NCBI GenBank assembly: GCA_030704615.1 | Contig: CM060731.1 | Coordinates: 91,636,001 to 91,700,000, forward strand | Length of the DNA stretch: 64,000 nt | Source: Takakia lepidozioides | Lineage: Eukaryota; Plantae; Bryophyta | Direction: 5' to 3' | Shown here: positions 60,701 to 64,000 of the stretch, piece after piece | How the letters are laid out: each line of letters opens with the position of its first letter | Numbering within the stretch: position 1 is the stretch's first letter | Made by a program: the position numbers and the translations under genes | The notes under the pieces: model-generated | The model's input: only the letters and a program-made list of their open reading frames with translations | Database searches by the model: none | What the model was told of the DNA's origin: nothing

Positions 60701-62495
60701 TCAAAGAGAATCTGGCGGAGCCCTACGTGAGGTGTCCCGCTGTAGAAAGGTGATGACTTCTCCGTAGCCTAGTGTGGCTTGGTCAATGAATTGGTCTCTC
60801 TTACCGTCGCAGCACATAATTACAAGGTATATGTAATATTGATGCTTGCAGGGGACCCACTTCCCTCTCATGCCGAGAGTGCCCTCACGCATCGTTACAA
60901 AATCCGGACAAGTACACGTAGGGAAATTCCCCACGGTAACCTAATATTCTTTGCCATGAAGAATTGAGCCAATAGACAACACTGTGTAAATCCGTCCATA
61001 CCCTGGGGCAGGGACTTCGGTGATATGAGTCACCCGAGCCTGCAAAATTCTAGCCGATTCCATCTTGCAGTCGTGATCTGCACCCGAAGCGACACGACGC
61101 ACTGTTTTTCCATCTCTTTTTGTTGGGTGGGAGTCGGCACCGGGTGGAGGCATTGCCGGAGCATGTGGCACATCTGTGCCCACAGTGCATGAGGGCACCA
61201 CCCGGGACCGTGCAAGACGGAACCCTCCCTCCTCCAGCATGCTTATCTCGGTTGATGACAGCGACGTCCCAAGTTTCACAGGCCAAATTTGCGGGGGGGG
61301 GGCTTCATTATCACCGAAGGACGAACTATTCCCTTGATGCATCGTGCCATATCATCTGGGCAGAACCAGAACTTGTGGTCCTTTGACTCCCCATTATGAT
61401 AAGGTCGGAACAACCCTGTGAATGTTGGAGCTGGAGTCCCCCTGGACCCTTTGCATATTTTTGATTTGCATTTCTTGAAAGAGGGGGTCCGAATTGCCAT
61501 GCAAGCCACTCTAGATCCTGGTGGGGTGTGTTCTATATGCCACTCACTGTCAATGCAATCAGATTCATGCACCAAGGACACCACCTCTTCCAATGGGATT
61601 CATGTTGTTGTGCTTGCATGATCTGCACCTGCTCCACTGGAAGATGACCCACCTGGGAAGGGGCGGGCACACAACTTAGTCTGCACTGGAGACACCTTTG
61701 GTACAAAGAAATTGACCCTGTCCGGCCGATGGGAATCTCCATCCGACCCTGGAGGAGTGTTCAATTTCCTTTTGCATGATCCAAATCTTTCCTCGCCTTC
61801 CAAATGGGGGACCCTGGATTGCAAAGGGGAGCCTTCTGTGCACCTGTTCAGAGCTCTGGCCATCTTCAATGGGTCTCCGGACCTACTCGCAGCCCTTAGC
61901 ATCAACAAAGTCGTATCAGGGCCCTTGCCTCCGCCCCGTCCCATCAACTCCTTCAGGTGGATACCAGTAGCAGCACCAGAGGAGAACCACCAAGCCCGGA
62001 TTGCTTGGTAAGTGCTCTCAGCTTCTCCCATTGAGGTGGCATTTTGTACTTAAGGTAGAGCCTTCTGTGCTCCAACTGGAGGTCAGGGCGAATGCAACGC
62101 TTTGTATGACGTGCCAGAGATTGACTCCAATGGAAGAGGCATGTGCGCTCCCTATTTTCCATTGGGACCTTAGGATCCCCCGAACCAAACACGCGCCGCA
62201 CTGCATTGAAATTTTCCTGTGCACTATCAGCCATGAAGCCCGCAAAATTTGTGTTCTACATTCCATTGTGCTGCATGACGGCCAGGAGCGAATTCCACAT
62301 GAGCATCTGGGATTCAGTGTCCTCCGACTGCATATCACAAATTGCTATGGAGAACACGCTGGTACGCTGGATCGTACACATGGCACGCCATGGTTGTCCA
62401 ACCCTTCACCCATTTGCAGTGATCAAACATTAACCAACATTTAGCCAAATCTCCTCCTGGTTGCATTTGGCGGACTATGCTCACACCAATAGGCC
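60701..62495 (-). pseudogene. Divergent (family D) MULE transposase, degraded; the catalytic-E region appears deleted
   Basis: CWLMFDH; FMADSAQENFNAVRRVF; TCLFHWSQSL; FWFCPDD; SWIM CTCPDF..VPCKHQYY. Confidence 0.88.
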
Positions 62496-64000
62496 ACATA
62501 GGGCCACTGTGGCAGGTTGAATCCACCCATTATTGGAAGCTGAAACAGTGTGCGGCAACGCACAATGTTTGAGCCCCCTTTTTTGCTTGTTTTTTGATGT
62601 GAAAATCGGGCACATAGGGCCACTCTGGCAGTTGAATCTACCCCAAGTTGTAAGCTCAAACAGTGTACGGCGACGCACATTGTTTGAGCCCCCTTCTTTG
62701 CTTACTTTTTAATGTGAAAATCTGGCACCTAGGGCCACTCGGGCAGGTTGAATCCAACACTTACTGGAAGCTCAAACAGTGTGTGGCAACGCACACTGTT
62801 TTGAGCCCCCTCTCTGCTTGTTTTTTGATGTGAAATTGGGCCAACCAGGTCACTTGGGAAGGTTGAATCCACCCCTTATTGGAAGCTCAAACAGTGTGCG
62901 GCAACGCACACTGTTTGAGCCCCCCTTTGTGATTGTTTTTTGTTGTGAAAATAGGGCACATAGGGCCACTCTGGCAGGTTGAATCCACCCCAAATTTGAA
63001 GCTCAAACAGTGTACGTCAACGCACACTGTTTGAGCCCCCTTCTTTGCTTGTTTTTTCATGTGAAAATCGGGCACCTAGAGCCACTCTGGCATGTTGAAT
63101 CCAACACTTATTGGAAGCTCAAACAGTACGCGGCAACGCACACTGTTTTGATCCCCCGCTCTGCTTGTTTTTTGATGTGAAATTGGGCCAAACAGGGCCA
63201 CTCTGGAAGGTTGAATCCACCCCTTATTGGAAGCTCAAAGAGTGTGCGGCAACGCACAATGTTTGAGCCCCCTCTTTGCTTGTTTTTTGAAGTGAAATTG
63301 GGCCAAACAGGGCCACTCTGGAAGGTTGAATCCAACCCGAATTGGAAGCTCAAACAGTGTGCGGCAACGCACACTATTTTGAGCCCCCTCTCTGCTTGTT
63401 TTTTAATGAAAAATTCGGCCAAACAGGGCCAGTGTGGCAGGTTGAATCCAACTCTTATTTGAAGCTCAAACAGTGTACGGCAACGCACACTGTTTGAGCC
63501 CCCTTATTGGCTTGTTTTTTTATGTGAAATTTGGGCACCTAGGGCCACTCTGGCAGGTTGAATCCAACCCTTATTGGAAGCTCAAACAGTGTGCGGCAAC
63601 GCACACTGTTTTGAGCCCCCTCTCTGCTTGTTTTTTGATGTGAAATTGGGCCAAACAGGGCCACTCTGGAAGGTTGAATCCACCCCTTATTGGAAGCTCA
63701 AAGAGTGTGCGACAACACACACTATTTGAGCCCCCTCTCTGCTTGTTGTTTGATGTGAAATTGGGCCAAATAGGGCCACTCTGGAAGGTTGAATCCACTT
63801 ATTGAAAGCTCAAATAGTGTGCGGCAATGCACAGTGTTTGAGCCCCCTTTTGTGATTCTTTTTTGTTGTGAAAGTAGGGCACATAGGGCCACTTTGGCAG
63901 GTTGAATCCACCCCGAATTGGAAGCTCAAACAATGTGCGGCAACGCACACTGTTTTGAGCCCCCTCTCTGCTGTTTTTTGATGTGAAAATTGGGCCAAAC
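62495..64000. repeat. Tandem array, at least 13 x ~116 bp, each with the 36-bp palindrome GCTCAAACAGTGTGCG-GCAA-CGCACACTGTTTGAGC
   Basis: Palindrome starts at 62539, 62654, 62770, 62885, 63001, 63117, 63233, 63348, 63464, 63580, 63696, 63808 and 63924. Confidence 0.95.

Overview
This is a eukaryotic, transposon-saturated window, probably from a land plant (inferred from GT-AG introns, plant tRNA primer-binding sites, and chromovirus, Athila/Tat-like and CACTA remnants). It has two 500-N gaps and no recognisable host gene. It holds nested LTR-retrotransposon pieces and at least six insertions or fragments of a large Mutator-like (MULE) DNA transposon group. One copy is bounded at both ends (25108-35544): 10.4 kb, short imperfect TIRs, probable 8-bp TSD GTCGGTGG. 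It encodes a GCM/WRKY-like + DDE + SWIM transposase and, divergently, a spliced cargo gene. Overlapping homologous copies suggest the full cargo protein is an N-terminal ParB/Srx-like domain (DGNHR) plus a middle region plus a prokaryote-type beta-class amino-DNA-methyltransferase. No single copy here contains both domains. Each subfamily carries tandem arrays of its own palindrome in introns, intergenic or subterminal DNA: A GATTAAGCTGTCGTTGACGACAGCTTAATC, B GGAAATTCGGCGCCGAATTTCC, C GGAAATGCGGCGCCGCATTTCC, D GCTCAAACAGTGTGCG-N4-CGCACACTGTTTGAGC. My main candidate for a new system is a transposon-borne ParB/parS-like + DNA-methyltransferase self-recognition module. All copies here are degenerate. 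Domain calls come from motif recognition by eye, not database searches.
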